Shown piece by piece: positions 1 through 9,667 of a stretch of 64,000 nt of DNA (the stretch's first letter is position 1; each line of letters opens with the position of its first letter). Source of the DNA: an uncultured candidate division Zixibacteria bacterium (GTDB taxonomy: Bacteria > Zixibacteria > MSB-5A5 > UBA10806 > 4484-95). The stretch lies in the NCBI GenBank assembly GCA_963668625.2, contig CAXXKA010000008.1, positions 1-64,000 on the forward strand. The letters run 5' to 3'. Both the position numbers and the translations under genes were made by a program. Below the pieces are notes generated by a model. It did not search any database and was not told the origin of the DNA. It worked only from the letters and a program-made list of their open reading frames with translations.

Positions 1-68
1 GAGTATTTAAGGTATGATATCCTGATGAGCACTTTAACCAAAGGCCGAAAACTAGTAACATTCTTTTT

Positions 69-121
69 TTGAGTCATGTAGAATGCATTTTATACCGACT
101 GGCAAGCCATATAGCGAAGCA
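69..121 (-). mobile_element. Degenerate inverted fragment of the internal module of the 255-bp MITE
   Basis: Reverse complement GCTTCGCTATATGGCTTGCCAGTCGGTATAAAATGCATTCTACATGACTCAA aligns without gaps to MITE sequence GCTTCGCAACGTGGCTTGTTTGCCGGCAGAATGCGCATTCTACATGATTCAA (831-882). Confidence 0.7.
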
Positions 122-130
122 CTGTTTTTT

Positions 131-272
131 TTGAAAAAGCCCTAATTAGGTAATTGCGGTGTCAGTAATCCCTTCCTGACACCTGAGTTCATACAGTATC
201 TCGCCGGGAAAGTATGAACAAAGGACTTCGTCCGCCCAGCGACTTTCGTTGACAACTTTTTCAACAACCCCG
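131..272. repeat. Small multi-hairpin element bounded by IS-like inverted ends
   Basis: TTGAAAAAG (131-139) is inverted to CTTTTTCAA (256-264), which continues CAACCCCG. Internal stems: GGTGTCAG/CTGACACC (158-183), GTTCATAC/GTATGAAC (187-219), GGAC/GTCC (223-233). Confidence 0.5.
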
Positions 273-636
273 CTGCCTCGCAACGAGAAGGAAAGCCAGA
301 ACAGTAATGATATTAACCATAATGATAATCGATTCTTGCTAGTCCCTTTATTTAATCCATATATTAATCTAATCATGAAATTACTCAAATTGATTTATAG
401 GTTAACATCGCTTTCTATCCGGATGATTGTTTATCGCAAATAGGTAACAGCGAGAAGCTCTGATGGAATTTTATTTCGATATGTCAATACTCATTTCAAA
501 CTTCCCCGGATTTAGAGACAGCTCATAATCGCTCGATTAAATATTATTGAAAACAAACCTGTTTCCAACTAACGATTCGATGTGATGAATAGCTAAACTT
601 AAAGAGTTATAAGCTATCAGTGTTTCTGAAACTCCG

Positions 637-740
637 GGGGGTGTTGAAAAATCATTCTTTGATGCCATTGCCATCGATAGACGGATTACTTCTCTTCGTT
701 CGTGATGATTGTCTTTATTAGGTTTTCAAGCAATACCTCC
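637..740. repeat. Decayed small element starting with an IS-end-like motif
   Basis: GGGGGTGTTGAAAAATC at 637-653 is identical to 5857-5873; a degenerate opposite end TTTTCAAGCAATACC lies at 723-737. Confidence 0.4.
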
Positions 741-792
741 GATTCTGTAAACCAACAAACTCTGCACTTAGTTCTGACATCTCCATATCAAT

Positions 793-1047
793 CACTAGTG
801 TCCGGTCTTTTCATCTCGTTGCGAAGCGCTGCTTCGCAACGTGGCTTGTTTGCCGGCAGAATGCGCATTCTACATGATTCAAGAAGGTTTCCAAGCAGCG
901 CTTGGAAACCAGAAAACCAAGCCTAACATCGGCAGGATATGTCAGGATGAATGATACGCTGAATAAAATAATTATATCTGAAAATATTTTTCATTAACAA
1001 TTCCAAGGAGAAATTTAAAATTTAACGAAAAACACCGGACACTAGTG
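793..1047. mobile_element. MITE (non-autonomous IS derivative), 255 bp, copy 1
   Basis: Perfect 14-bp TIRs CACTAGTGTCCGGT/ACCGGACACTAGTG; perfect 9-bp flanking direct repeat CATATCAAT (784-792, 1048-1056); second copy at 48758-49011; no transposase inside. Confidence 0.92.
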
Positions 1048-1232
1048 CATATCAATAAAAACTAAATCGAAACGGAGTTTTTCGAACACAGGCATTGCTA
1101 AATATCGTTAGGCATGGCTTGCGCCATTAAATTTGGTAATGAGAAGTAAATTATATGATATCCCATATGCTTGGCCTTAGATCAACGCTTCTCTTCAAAC
1201 GTATACTCCGGGTAAACCGGTGGTTTAAATAT

Positions 1233-1266
1233 AAAAAAAAATCCACGGCCTCAACCGTGGATTTTT
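1233..1266 (-). terminator. Intrinsic terminator after cheW, potentially bidirectional
   Basis: AAAAATCCACGG-CCTCAA-CCGTGGATTTTT hairpin with A and T tracts. Confidence 0.85.
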
Positions 1267-1290
1267 GCAATTATATGCGACTAATTTCAA

Positions 1291-1767
1291 CTATGCCGAG
1301 GGCAATTTACTGGTTGAAATTATCTTTTGCAGATCGAGATAAATTAGCAAACGGTCCTCGAGCTTCACTATCGACTTTATGTAGTCAGCCGAGGCGTAAT
1401 CGCCGGCCACCAACTTTGGCGCCTCTTCCAGCGAACCTCCGGGTACACGAAGTACCTCGGAAACGCCATCTACGACTAAACCTACGGTCTCGTTACTGAC
1501 ATCGACGACAACTATGCGGGTTTTCCCGTCATGCTCTTTATCCGGCATACCGAATTTCTTACGCAGATCGATAATCGGTATAACCTTGCCACGCAGGTTA
1601 ATAATACCTTCGACATAACTATCGGTCTGCGGAACCTCGGTAATCTCGACCATCCGGTTAATTTCTTGTACCTGGAGAATATCAACGCCATATTCCTCTT
1701 GTCCCAGGCTGAAAGTAACCATCTGTTCGATATTTTCCGATTGATTATTATTCAGATCAAGCGTCAT
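1291..1767 (-). CDS. cheW: Chemotaxis coupling protein CheW
   Basis: Motifs [29 protein letters not shown] and [11 protein letters not shown]; overlaps the MCP stop. Confidence 0.96.
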   Translation of the reverse strand: MTLDLNNNQSENIEQMVTFSLGQEEYGVDILQVQEINRMVEITEVPQTDSYVEGIINLRGKVIPIIDLRKKFGMPDKEHDGKTRIVVVDVSNETVGLVVDGVSEVLRVPGGSLEEAPKLVAGDYASADYIKSIVKLEDRLLIYLDLQKIISTSKLPSA

Positions 1768-3739
1768 AGCTGCACTCCTCGACTGTTTCGCCTCGAAGTT
1801 GGAATGTGCCTATCAGGTTTTTTAGTTCTTCCGCTTGACGGCTTAACTGCTCGGCTGCGGCGGCTGACTGTTGAGTACCTGTGGCTGTTTCTTTGGTTAT
1901 ACGATTGACGTTTTCGACATTGCGTGAAATTTGTTCGGCGGCGCTTGACTGTTCCTCACTGGCCGCGGCAATCTGGCGCATCATTTCCTGTACGGATTCT
2001 ATCGCGCCGAAAATTTCATTCAATGATTCATTCGTCTGGACGACCAGATCTTTGCCCTTGTTGACGATTTCCTGGGACTCATTGATCTGCTCGTTCGAAA
2101 TGCTCACATCCGATTGGATACCTTTGATAGTCTCGGCAACTTCTTTGGTCGCTTTGGTAGTACGCTCGGCCAATTTGCGTACCTCATCCGCCACTACGGC
2201 GAAACCACGTCCCTGCTCACCAGCCCTGGCTGCCTCGATAGCGGCGTTCAACGCCAGTAAGTTGGTCTGGTCGGCGATATCATCGATGACCTTGATTATC
2301 TCACCGATAGCCGTGGCTTTCTCAGACAGGCTGGTGATATTGGAGGCAGTAGTATTCGAGGCGCTAACGATATCCTCCATACCACGCGAGGTATCCTCGG
2401 CCAGACGGCTGCCATGCTGTGATTTCTCGGCGGCCTCCTGGGCTTTACCGGCTGCCTCGGTGGTGTTGCGCGAGGATTCGATGATCGTCGAGGTCATCTC
2501 CTCTACCGCCGTTGCCACCTGTGTAGTCTGATTGGTCTGCTCCTGCGAGCCTGCCGACAACTGCTCGGATGCGGATGATATCTCGGTGGCCGCCGACACG
2601 AGTTGTTCGGTATTGCGGGCAACCGTCATCATGCTTTCGTGAAGTTGATCGATCGATTTATTCAACGACTTGGCCATCAAGCCTATCTCATCACTCTGGT
2701 TGATATCGACCTTGTGAGTCAGATCACCGCTGGCAAGTCTGTCGATAGCTTTAACCATAAGCGAGATCGGATTGGTAATCCCGCGAGTGATAACCAGCGC
2801 TACCAAAGAGCCTATAATAAGCGCACCGATTATGAACGAGATCGCCATAGTAACGGCCGTTGACTGCGCCGACTGCATTTTCTCTTTCTGTCCCTGGCGG
2901 AGTTTATCCATCGCCTCCACCGCTACTAAGCCTAGTTCGGCAAGCTTATTCTGAATCGATTGGGCTTCACCTTTGAGTTCCACCACTTTATTGAAATTAT
3001 CTTTATACGACCTGATACCGCGGGCTATATCATTCACCTGGTCGATATTGGCCTGGCGGTTCATTTTGGATTTGGTCAACTCGCACTGGTACAATAAATC
3101 ATCGGCTACTTTATTCAATTCCTCGGCGTAGCTCTCTTCCTCGGTCATTCGGAAATTACGCCAGGCTATTCTGGTCTGAAGGATGTATTTTACGAGACGG
3201 TTGGCATCATCGGCCTTACCCACTCGATCCTGTAATTTACTATGCGATATCCTGCTGGCGAACTCCTTATCCATCTGCTCTTTCTGGCTCTGGCGAAGAG
3301 CCTCGACCTCTTTGCTGACTGCTATCGCCGCTTCGTCCATGACAGCCACGGCTTTCAATATATCCTCCTGGTTGCGAACCATATCGCCCCAACCAGCCAG
3401 GTATTCTTCCTCATGCTTACGAATGCTTTCGATTAACTCGATATCATTCTGATCTTTGAAACGTGCTTTCGTCTCGTCGATTTGAGCATAAATACTATTC
3501 ACGATTTCGGCAACTTCATTGTAGTCCTCTACATTTTTGGTAGCCGCGAAATCTTTCCGCTGAACGGCCGTGTCTTTTACCCATTTTACCAGGCGGTTAG
3601 CGTCATCGGCATTGGCTACCTTCTCGGAAATCGTATTCAAGCCGTTAATGCCAACATAACCGATGGCGATTGCCAAAACCAGTACGGCGCCAAAACCGAT
3701 TGATAGTTTCTTTCCGATTTTGATGTTTTTCCAATTCAT
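1757..3739 (-). CDS. Methyl-accepting chemotaxis protein with a large helical (HBM-like) extracytoplasmic domain and HAMP
   Basis: Two TM helices, HAMP ([11 protein letters not shown]) and signalling tip [40 protein letters not shown]. The sensor has a duplicated ADDANRLVK motif. Start moved to the ATG at 3739 (SD AAGGA). Confidence 0.95.
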   Translation of the reverse strand: MNWKNIKIGKKLSIGFGAVLVLAIAIGYVGINGLNTISEKVANADDANRLVKWVKDTAVQRKDFAATKNVEDYNEVAEIVNSIYAQIDETKARFKDQNDIELIESIRKHEEEYLAGWGDMVRNQEDILKAVAVMDEAAIAVSKEVEALRQSQKEQMDKEFASRISHSKLQDRVGKADDANRLVKYILQTRIAWRNFRMTEEESYAEELNKVADDLLYQCELTKSKMNRQANIDQVNDIARGIRSYKDNFNKVVELKGEAQSIQNKLAELGLVAVEAMDKLRQGQKEKMQSAQSTAVTMAISFIIGALIIGSLVALVITRGITNPISLMVKAIDRLASGDLTHKVDINQSDEIGLMAKSLNKSIDQLHESMMTVARNTEQLVSAATEISSASEQLSAGSQEQTNQTTQVATAVEEMTSTIIESSRNTTEAAGKAQEAAEKSQHGSRLAEDTSRGMEDIVSASNTTASNITSLSEKATAIGEIIKVIDDIADQTNLLALNAAIEAARAGEQGRGFAVVADEVRKLAERTTKATKEVAETIKGIQSDVSISNEQINESQEIVNKGKDLVVQTNESLNEIFGAIESVQEMMRQIAAASEEQSSAAEQISRNVENVNRITKETATGTQQSAAAAEQLSRQAEELKNLIGTFQLRGETVEECSYDA

Positions 3740-3846
3740 CGAAAGTCCTTTCACTTAACAAAATCCTGTTCTGTTTCTACTTCCCCAATTAAACCTGTCC
3801 TACCTCGATTCTAAAATGCTTGTTTGATCGGATTCCTCCCAATGTT

Positions 3847-5199
3847 TTAAAAAGTGAGTTGTATTTCAGATAATATTCGTTTGTCCTGAACAGTTGAATT
3901 TTCTATATCATCCACCAGGTAATTGACCCTGGCATGCATGTTGGGAAATTTAGAGAATTTAAACATGAGGCCCGCTGAATACCTGCTCTGAATATCGCCG
4001 GTTATATCGTAGTCGGGATCGTACCAGTCGTAACGAATACCGGGTGAAACCGATTTTATAATCCCAGCGGTTTTATACTCGTAAACAGCATCGATGAAAT
4101 ACCCGCCCTGACTCAGGTTTTCAGTTTCATAATAACCGTACTCGCCCTCTATCGATAAATTCCCCTGGCTGTAAACCGCACCGCCGTTATACATCGTAAG
4201 TTCTTCCGCCAAACTATCCGGGCTGTTGGTTTTGCCATAATAGGCATTGCCGGAAAATTGCAATGACTGTGAAAAATCCCATTCGAAACGGCCGGCTAAA
4301 TTTTTATAGGTATTATCATCCGGTTGATTTTGCCCGACCCCGTTAAACACTCCCATGACGGTTGAATAATTTTCACCGGCCATGCTGAACGCCAGTCCGA
4401 TATCACGCGTTTTCGGGGATATCTTTGAGGCTATCAGAGGTTTCGAAATAAACCTTTGTTTTGATGCGGAGCGGAGATTTACCGTACTATACGGACTTTT
4501 AAACTGACCGACGGTTAGTTTCGACCAGAGTGTCGGGTGAAAAAACGCGAAAGCATCCAAAAGCATATCATCACTATCACGAGCGAAATCCACCTGTAGT
4601 TGATAACCGATATTCTCGGTCATATCGCCTTTGATACTTATACGACCATAGTATACCGAAAAATCGTTCTCGTTATCCGAACCGTCATAGTCATCGTACT
4701 CCCACAGAGTTTTAAACAATCCGGAAATTACAGGCTTCCGATCTAAACTTGTATTACCATCCTGACCGGCGGCATTTTCTATGTTCGCTCCGGATATAAC
4801 CTCTCGCAATTCACTTATCAGGGCACGAAATTCCGCCAGCGTTTCCGGGGAGGCTTTAGCCCCATCACTCGTTGCCAATTGAGTACCTGACGAATAACCC
4901 GACTCTAATGATTCAATCCTTGAGGACAAGCGCGCGACCGTTTTCTCGAGATTCTCATAATCATTCTCTTTGGATGATAGATTCAGCCTGTTTTCTAAAG
5001 AATTTATACGAGTGTTAATATTTTCCCGCTCAATACCGGATTTTTCTATTGCCAGACTACTCTCAAGTTCAGCAATACGAGCCTCCAGATTATCCAATTT
5101 TTCCACGACAGCCGTGAATCCACCGGCATTAGCAACAGAAATCCATGGATAAACGACAGTAAACAGGATTAAGGCACAGATCAAGTTTATTAGTTTCAT
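3847..5199 (-). CDS. Outer-membrane porin (OprO/OprP-like) with N-terminal coiled coil
   Basis: Signal peptide and coiled coil; motifs LLDAF..LTVGQFKSPYS, RDIG and GVFNGVG; amphipathic beta strands; C-terminal Phe (EIQLTF). Confidence 0.8.
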   Translation of the reverse strand: MKLINLICALILFTVVYPWISVANAGGFTAVVEKLDNLEARIAELESSLAIEKSGIERENINTRINSLENRLNLSSKENDYENLEKTVARLSSRIESLESGYSSGTQLATSDGAKASPETLAEFRALISELREVISGANIENAAGQDGNTSLDRKPVISGLFKTLWEYDDYDGSDNENDFSVYYGRISIKGDMTENIGYQLQVDFARDSDDMLLDAFAFFHPTLWSKLTVGQFKSPYSTVNLRSASKQRFISKPLIASKISPKTRDIGLAFSMAGENYSTVMGVFNGVGQNQPDDNTYKNLAGRFEWDFSQSLQFSGNAYYGKTNSPDSLAEELTMYNGGAVYSQGNLSIEGEYGYYETENLSQGGYFIDAVYEYKTAGIIKSVSPGIRYDWYDPDYDITGDIQSRYSAGLMFKFSKFPNMHARVNYLVDDIENSTVQDKRILSEIQLTF

Positions 5200-5985
5200 A
5201 AGTCCTCTCTCATTACAGTGTCCATGTCGCCTGATTTTGTCTGGTATATCGACTTATTGCAATACCCTATAAAATAATTGTTATATTTATATATTAGTGC
5301 AACAGTAAATGAAAATACTATTGATAAGTCCATTATTATACATTACCTAACGCGTTGAAACACAGTTGAAAATATAACGATCAAAAAGTATTAAATTATA
5401 TTTACACCGCACACTTAAATATCTACATTGTGATATAATTCACATAGTATAGAAATAATCCCTTGTCATGGAATAAACACTATATTAACATATTAATGTA
5501 TTATTTATATATATTAATTAGTCTATTCTATTATCTACTTACTTTCACAAAACAATATTTCGATTAATTCAAGAGGGTATACCCGATACAATAACAGAAT
5601 TTGAAACGTTTTCACTGAATATTTTTTGATATTATTGTATCAATATTTATTAATTTTTTTTTTGATTGAAAGTCTTTCAATTGTAATATTAAAAAATCAG
5701 CAGATATTTTAAAACTTGAATCTAAAGATGTCCTGCCAGTATGGCGGTCGATTTCACTCGAGTAATTCTAATAATTCACTACTGACAGGCTTCTTAATTC
5801 ACGTAGCGAGCCGCTGATTCATTGATATACCAGGTATGGCATCCAGACGCGCCCGAGGGGGTGTTGAAAAATCGATAGTAAAGTTATCGTAAGTTTAAAT
5901 CGGGATACGGGTGATTTCCATTGAATTTTGTCAAGAAGTAAACTCTACCGGTAAACATCCTTGCCGAACGAAAATAAGCGAACCT

Positions 5986-6016
5986 AAAAAGCCCGCAGTG
6001 TAAGGCTACGGGCTTT
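5986..6016 (-). terminator. Intrinsic terminator after the second cheW
   Basis: AAAAAGCCCGCAG...CTACGGGCTTT hairpin giving a U-tract on the minus strand. Confidence 0.75.
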
Positions 6017-6049
6017 ATTGAGTAATCATTCTAAAGGATCGAAGTGTCA

Positions 6050-6526
6050 TTAATTAGCGGGCAGTTTGCTTGATGATATTATCTTTTGCAGGTCTAGATA
6101 TATCAATAACCGATCCTCCAACTTTACTATCGATTGGATATAGTCCGAGGCGGCATAGTCACCCGCTACTAGTTTCGGCGCGTCCTCCAGCGAACCGGCC
6201 GGCACACGAAGTACCTCCGAAACACCATCAACTATCAGGCCCACCGTCTCGTTTTCGACATCTATGACGACTATCCGGGTCTTGTTATCGTTCTCCTTTT
6301 CAGGCATACTGAATTTTTTGCGCAAGTCCATTATCGGGATAACCTTGCCACGCAAATTTATTATGCCCTCAACATAATGTTCTGTCTGGGGCACCTCGGT
6401 TATCTCGACCATTCGGTTTATCTCCTGCACCTGGAGTATGTTTACCCCATACTCCTCCTGGCCCAGATTAAACGTTACCATCTGTTCGAGATCGGCGGAT
6501 TTCTCATCGTTTATATTTTCAGCCAT
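6050..6526 (-). CDS. cheW: Chemotaxis coupling protein CheW (paralog)
   Basis: Same length and about 80% identical by eye to the CheW at 1291-1767. Confidence 0.96.
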   Translation of the reverse strand: MAENINDEKSADLEQMVTFNLGQEEYGVNILQVQEINRMVEITEVPQTEHYVEGIINLRGKVIPIMDLRKKFSMPEKENDNKTRIVVIDVENETVGLIVDGVSEVLRVPAGSLEDAPKLVAGDYAASDYIQSIVKLEDRLLIYLDLQKIISSSKLPAN

Positions 6527-8537
6527 CGCTTACTCCCGCGTATGATCTGTCCTCTTTTTTACGCAACTTGAAATTGTTCACCATCGCCCGCAAGTCCTCA
6601 GCCTGACGGTTCAACTGTTCGGAGGCAGAGGCCGCCTGCTCGGCTCCCAGCGAGGTCTCCTTGGTGATACGATCGACATTCTCGATATTCCTGGCAATCA
6701 TCTCAGCGGTTGACGACTGTTGTTCGGATGCGGAGGCTATTTGACGCATCATTTCCTGAACACCCTCGATCGAGCCGAATATCTGGTTCAAAGCGCTGTG
6801 AGTATTGGTTACCAATTCTTTGCCTTTGTTGACTTTGTCGCTTGACTCCTCCATCTGATTATTAGCGGCGTTGACATCCGATTGGATTCCCTTGATCGTA
6901 TCGGCAACCTCTTTAGTCGCCTTGGTAGTACGTTCGGCCAGCTTACGAACTTCATCGGCAACGACCGCGAATCCTCGTCCCTGCTCACCGGCGCGGGCAG
7001 CCTCGATAGCGGCATTCAATGCCAGAAGATTCGTTTGGTCGGCTATATCATCGATAACTTTGATTATCTCACCGATAGCCGTGGCTTTTTCCGCCAGACC
7101 ATGAATGTTCTGGGCAGTAACCGAAGCGGACATCACTATCTCTTCCATACCTTCGGAGGCGTCACTGGATAACCTGCTGCCCTCCTGCGATCTATCAGCC
7201 GCGTCTTTAGCTTTTTCTGCGGCATCAGTGGTATTTTTGGCGTTCTCCACTATAGTAGCGGTCATTTGCTCGACCGCCGTCGATACTTGCGCAGTCTGAT
7301 TGGTCTGCTCGGCAACGCCCGAAGACAATTGCTCGGAGGCAGAGGCAATCTCGGTACTGGCGGAAGCTAATTGATCGGTGTTACCGGCAATCGTTACTAC
7401 CATTTCCGTAAGGCTGTCTTTCATGGTATCAAGAGCACATGAAAGTTCCCCTACCTCATCCTGCGATTTGCTACAGAGGTTTTCACCTGTCAGGTCGTAT
7501 TCCGCGACCTCTCTCGCCATTTGAAGGGCTTTCTTGATTGGTAAGGTAATACCGCGCGATATAACAACCCCTAACACCAAACCGATTATGGCCGCGGCTA
7601 TTGAAATAATCATATTTGTCATCACTGATGATGCTACGGTCTCTTGAGCCTCTGTCTTTATGGCAACCGCTTCTACACCGTACGATTTAGATATTTCTTT
7701 CAGCAACGCCTGAACGCTGGCAAGATGAGTCATTGTTTCTCTCTGGTAGATATCTATGGACTCTTTTTTCTGTTCGACTGCCTCGCTTATATATTTACGC
7801 GAGTTATTGAATAATACCTCTAGTTTTTCGATAGTCGGGAGCAATTCATCTTCATATAGTTGTATTGCCCTCGTTTTATCACCTGATTCATAGGCATTTA
7901 CTATCTCTTCACCTAAGGCATGCAAATGTAAATGAGGTTGTTCGATTTCTTTCAGGATGGTATTGAATTTCTGATCACTCGAATTAAAAGAATAGAACCA
8001 CTTCCCGAATGCGCACTTGTGACCATCAAGGCCGCCCTTAAATTCCTTGCCGGTCATGATCATCAAATCAAGAGATTTTAACCAGTTAAGATGGTCTATC
8101 CAGCGGTCGGCCAGCATACCATCCAATGTCATATCAACCGGATTGAATTTATCCTTGATATTCGCTGCCGATTCATGTAAAAGTTTATGTGGATTCTCGA
8201 GTTCCAAAAGCGCTCGTTGAACCTCAGGCAAAAGATTCTTAAACTCAGCCGACCTGGTAAATTCGTAATACCACTTTCCGAAACTGCATTTATGCGGATC
8301 AAGTTGTTTTTCGAAATCCTTGTTTACCGTAAAAACATCAGTTAAGGCATTTACCCATTTCAGATGGTCTATCTCTTTCTGTGCCAGAAATTCGACATCC
8401 TCTTGCTTTTGCAGGGCTTTTTCCTCGGCATGCTGAACTGATTTCAAGTTGACCGTAGAACTTATCCACAGAACAGCCATTAATACTATAAACACACCGA
8501 CTAATCCCAAAAGCTTTTTGCCAACAGTGAGTCGCAC
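6519..8537 (-). CDS. Methyl-accepting chemotaxis protein with two CZB domains between its TM helices
   Basis: [19 protein letters not shown] and [19 protein letters not shown]; TM1, TM2, HAMP and MCP signalling domain; GTG start with SD. Confidence 0.95.
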   Translation of the reverse strand: MRLTVGKKLLGLVGVFIVLMAVLWISSTVNLKSVQHAEEKALQKQEDVEFLAQKEIDHLKWVNALTDVFTVNKDFEKQLDPHKCSFGKWYYEFTRSAEFKNLLPEVQRALLELENPHKLLHESAANIKDKFNPVDMTLDGMLADRWIDHLNWLKSLDLMIMTGKEFKGGLDGHKCAFGKWFYSFNSSDQKFNTILKEIEQPHLHLHALGEEIVNAYESGDKTRAIQLYEDELLPTIEKLEVLFNNSRKYISEAVEQKKESIDIYQRETMTHLASVQALLKEISKSYGVEAVAIKTEAQETVASSVMTNMIISIAAAIIGLVLGVVISRGITLPIKKALQMAREVAEYDLTGENLCSKSQDEVGELSCALDTMKDSLTEMVVTIAGNTDQLASASTEIASASEQLSSGVAEQTNQTAQVSTAVEQMTATIVENAKNTTDAAEKAKDAADRSQEGSRLSSDASEGMEEIVMSASVTAQNIHGLAEKATAIGEIIKVIDDIADQTNLLALNAAIEAARAGEQGRGFAVVADEVRKLAERTTKATKEVADTIKGIQSDVNAANNQMEESSDKVNKGKELVTNTHSALNQIFGSIEGVQEMMRQIASASEQQSSTAEMIARNIENVDRITKETSLGAEQAASASEQLNRQAEDLRAMVNNFKLRKKEDRSYAGVSDG

Positions 8538-8768
8538 TGCTCCCCCTTTGCTTATGTGGGTTTATTAATATGTCCTTCAATAGAATATGCTTACTTCGAC
8601 CAAATTATCAGATATTCCTGCTATGCTTTTCGTCTTATTCCATCATAAATTTAATTAAACATTTGGATACCGCTGATTAAATAAATCAAAATGAAACACT
8701 TCTCTATAATAATATCATTATATATATTACGATAAACTTTTATAAATTCAGGCTATCAAGTAATTAAG

Positions 8769-9530
8769 CTATTCGATTATTTTCCTGAGGCAATTGATAT
8801 CATCTTTATCTACTATTTGATCATTATTACAGTCCGCCCGTTCAATCGGCCAGGGAATATTGTATTTGCCAATGAAGTAAGATTGCAGAGCATCTATATC
8901 ACTTATATCTAAAGTATGATCATCATTGATATCGCCGGTATAAACGAAATGTACTTTGCTAAAATGAGCATCGAAGCTGAAAGTGGTAGTACCGCTGGTA
9001 TCGCTAAAATGAAATCCCTGGCTGGGGCCCTGCCAACCTTCGATGAATACATCGTAAGTATTACCTTTCAGAGAATCATCTCCTGATACGATCATCGGGA
9101 ATTCCAGTACCTTGCAGGTATCTTCACACTCTAAAGGAATGTTAGGTATTCTGGTAAGGCTGCAAAAACCGAGCAAGCTCTGGCTGGTATATCCCTCCAT
9201 GCCTTTATGCGGCATGGGGTCCAACGTGCTGGCAACATCCCAACCCTGCTCGTACCCCTCTGGAGCCTTGAGATTCTTATTGAAAGGTCTGTAAATAATC
9301 GGCTCGAGCCTTTTAATAATGAGTCTATCATCAGAGGATAATGGTATATGAACCGCCGCTACGGTAATATTCGGCCGGGTATATATCCATACCGGAACAA
9401 CCAACTGTTCACCGGGTTTGGCTATTAGGGGTTTACCATCGGTGTTCCCGAACCAGATAGTAAGATCAGCGGCAATAACCGGGGTATGAACACAAAGAAC
9501 AATAATCAAACCGACTATATATTTTTTCAT
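8769..9530 (-). CDS. Secreted protein with a beta-sandwich (possibly cohesin-like) domain and C-terminal dockerin
   Basis: Signal peptide; duplicated Ca-binding loops GDINDDHTLDISDI and ADCNNDQIVDKDDI. Confidence 0.75.
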   Translation of the reverse strand: MKKYIVGLIIVLCVHTPVIAADLTIWFGNTDGKPLIAKPGEQLVVPVWIYTRPNITVAAVHIPLSSDDRLIIKRLEPIIYRPFNKNLKAPEGYEQGWDVASTLDPMPHKGMEGYTSQSLLGFCSLTRIPNIPLECEDTCKVLEFPMIVSGDDSLKGNTYDVFIEGWQGPSQGFHFSDTSGTTTFSFDAHFSKVHFVYTGDINDDHTLDISDIDALQSYFIGKYNIPWPIERADCNNDQIVDKDDINCLRKIIE

Positions 9531-9605
9531 CTAATTTATATCCCTGTTAGAATTAACAATCAAAGTCATACCTTTGATATAGTTATTACCCCGGCAAAGT
9601 TCAAT

Positions 9606-9632
9606 AAAAAAAAGCGACCATACGGCCGCTTT
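9606..9632 (-). terminator. Probable intrinsic terminator after the C25 peptidase gene
   Basis: AAAGCG-ACC..GGC-CGCTTT stem next to an A8 tract. Confidence 0.6.
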
Positions 9633-9667
9633 CAAGAGTTGTGAAACTCTACTCCCCTTTGAAATTT

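Noticed and set aside
22-50. CTGATGAG...CGAAA, resembling a hammerhead ribozyme core
   Set aside because: Stem II is out of register, and no convincing stem I/III with a UH cleavage site could be built; it is also at the window edge
702-926. ORF 702-926, and likewise 146-388, 249-443 and 48752-48964
   Set aside because: They overlap MITE or repeat DNA, and have no recognisable protein features
1881-2531. Long antisense ORFs opposite the MCP, C25, lon, rec and kinase genes (e.g. 1881-2531, 10760-11551, 53447-54073)
   Set aside because: Shadow ORFs of well-supported genes on the other strand
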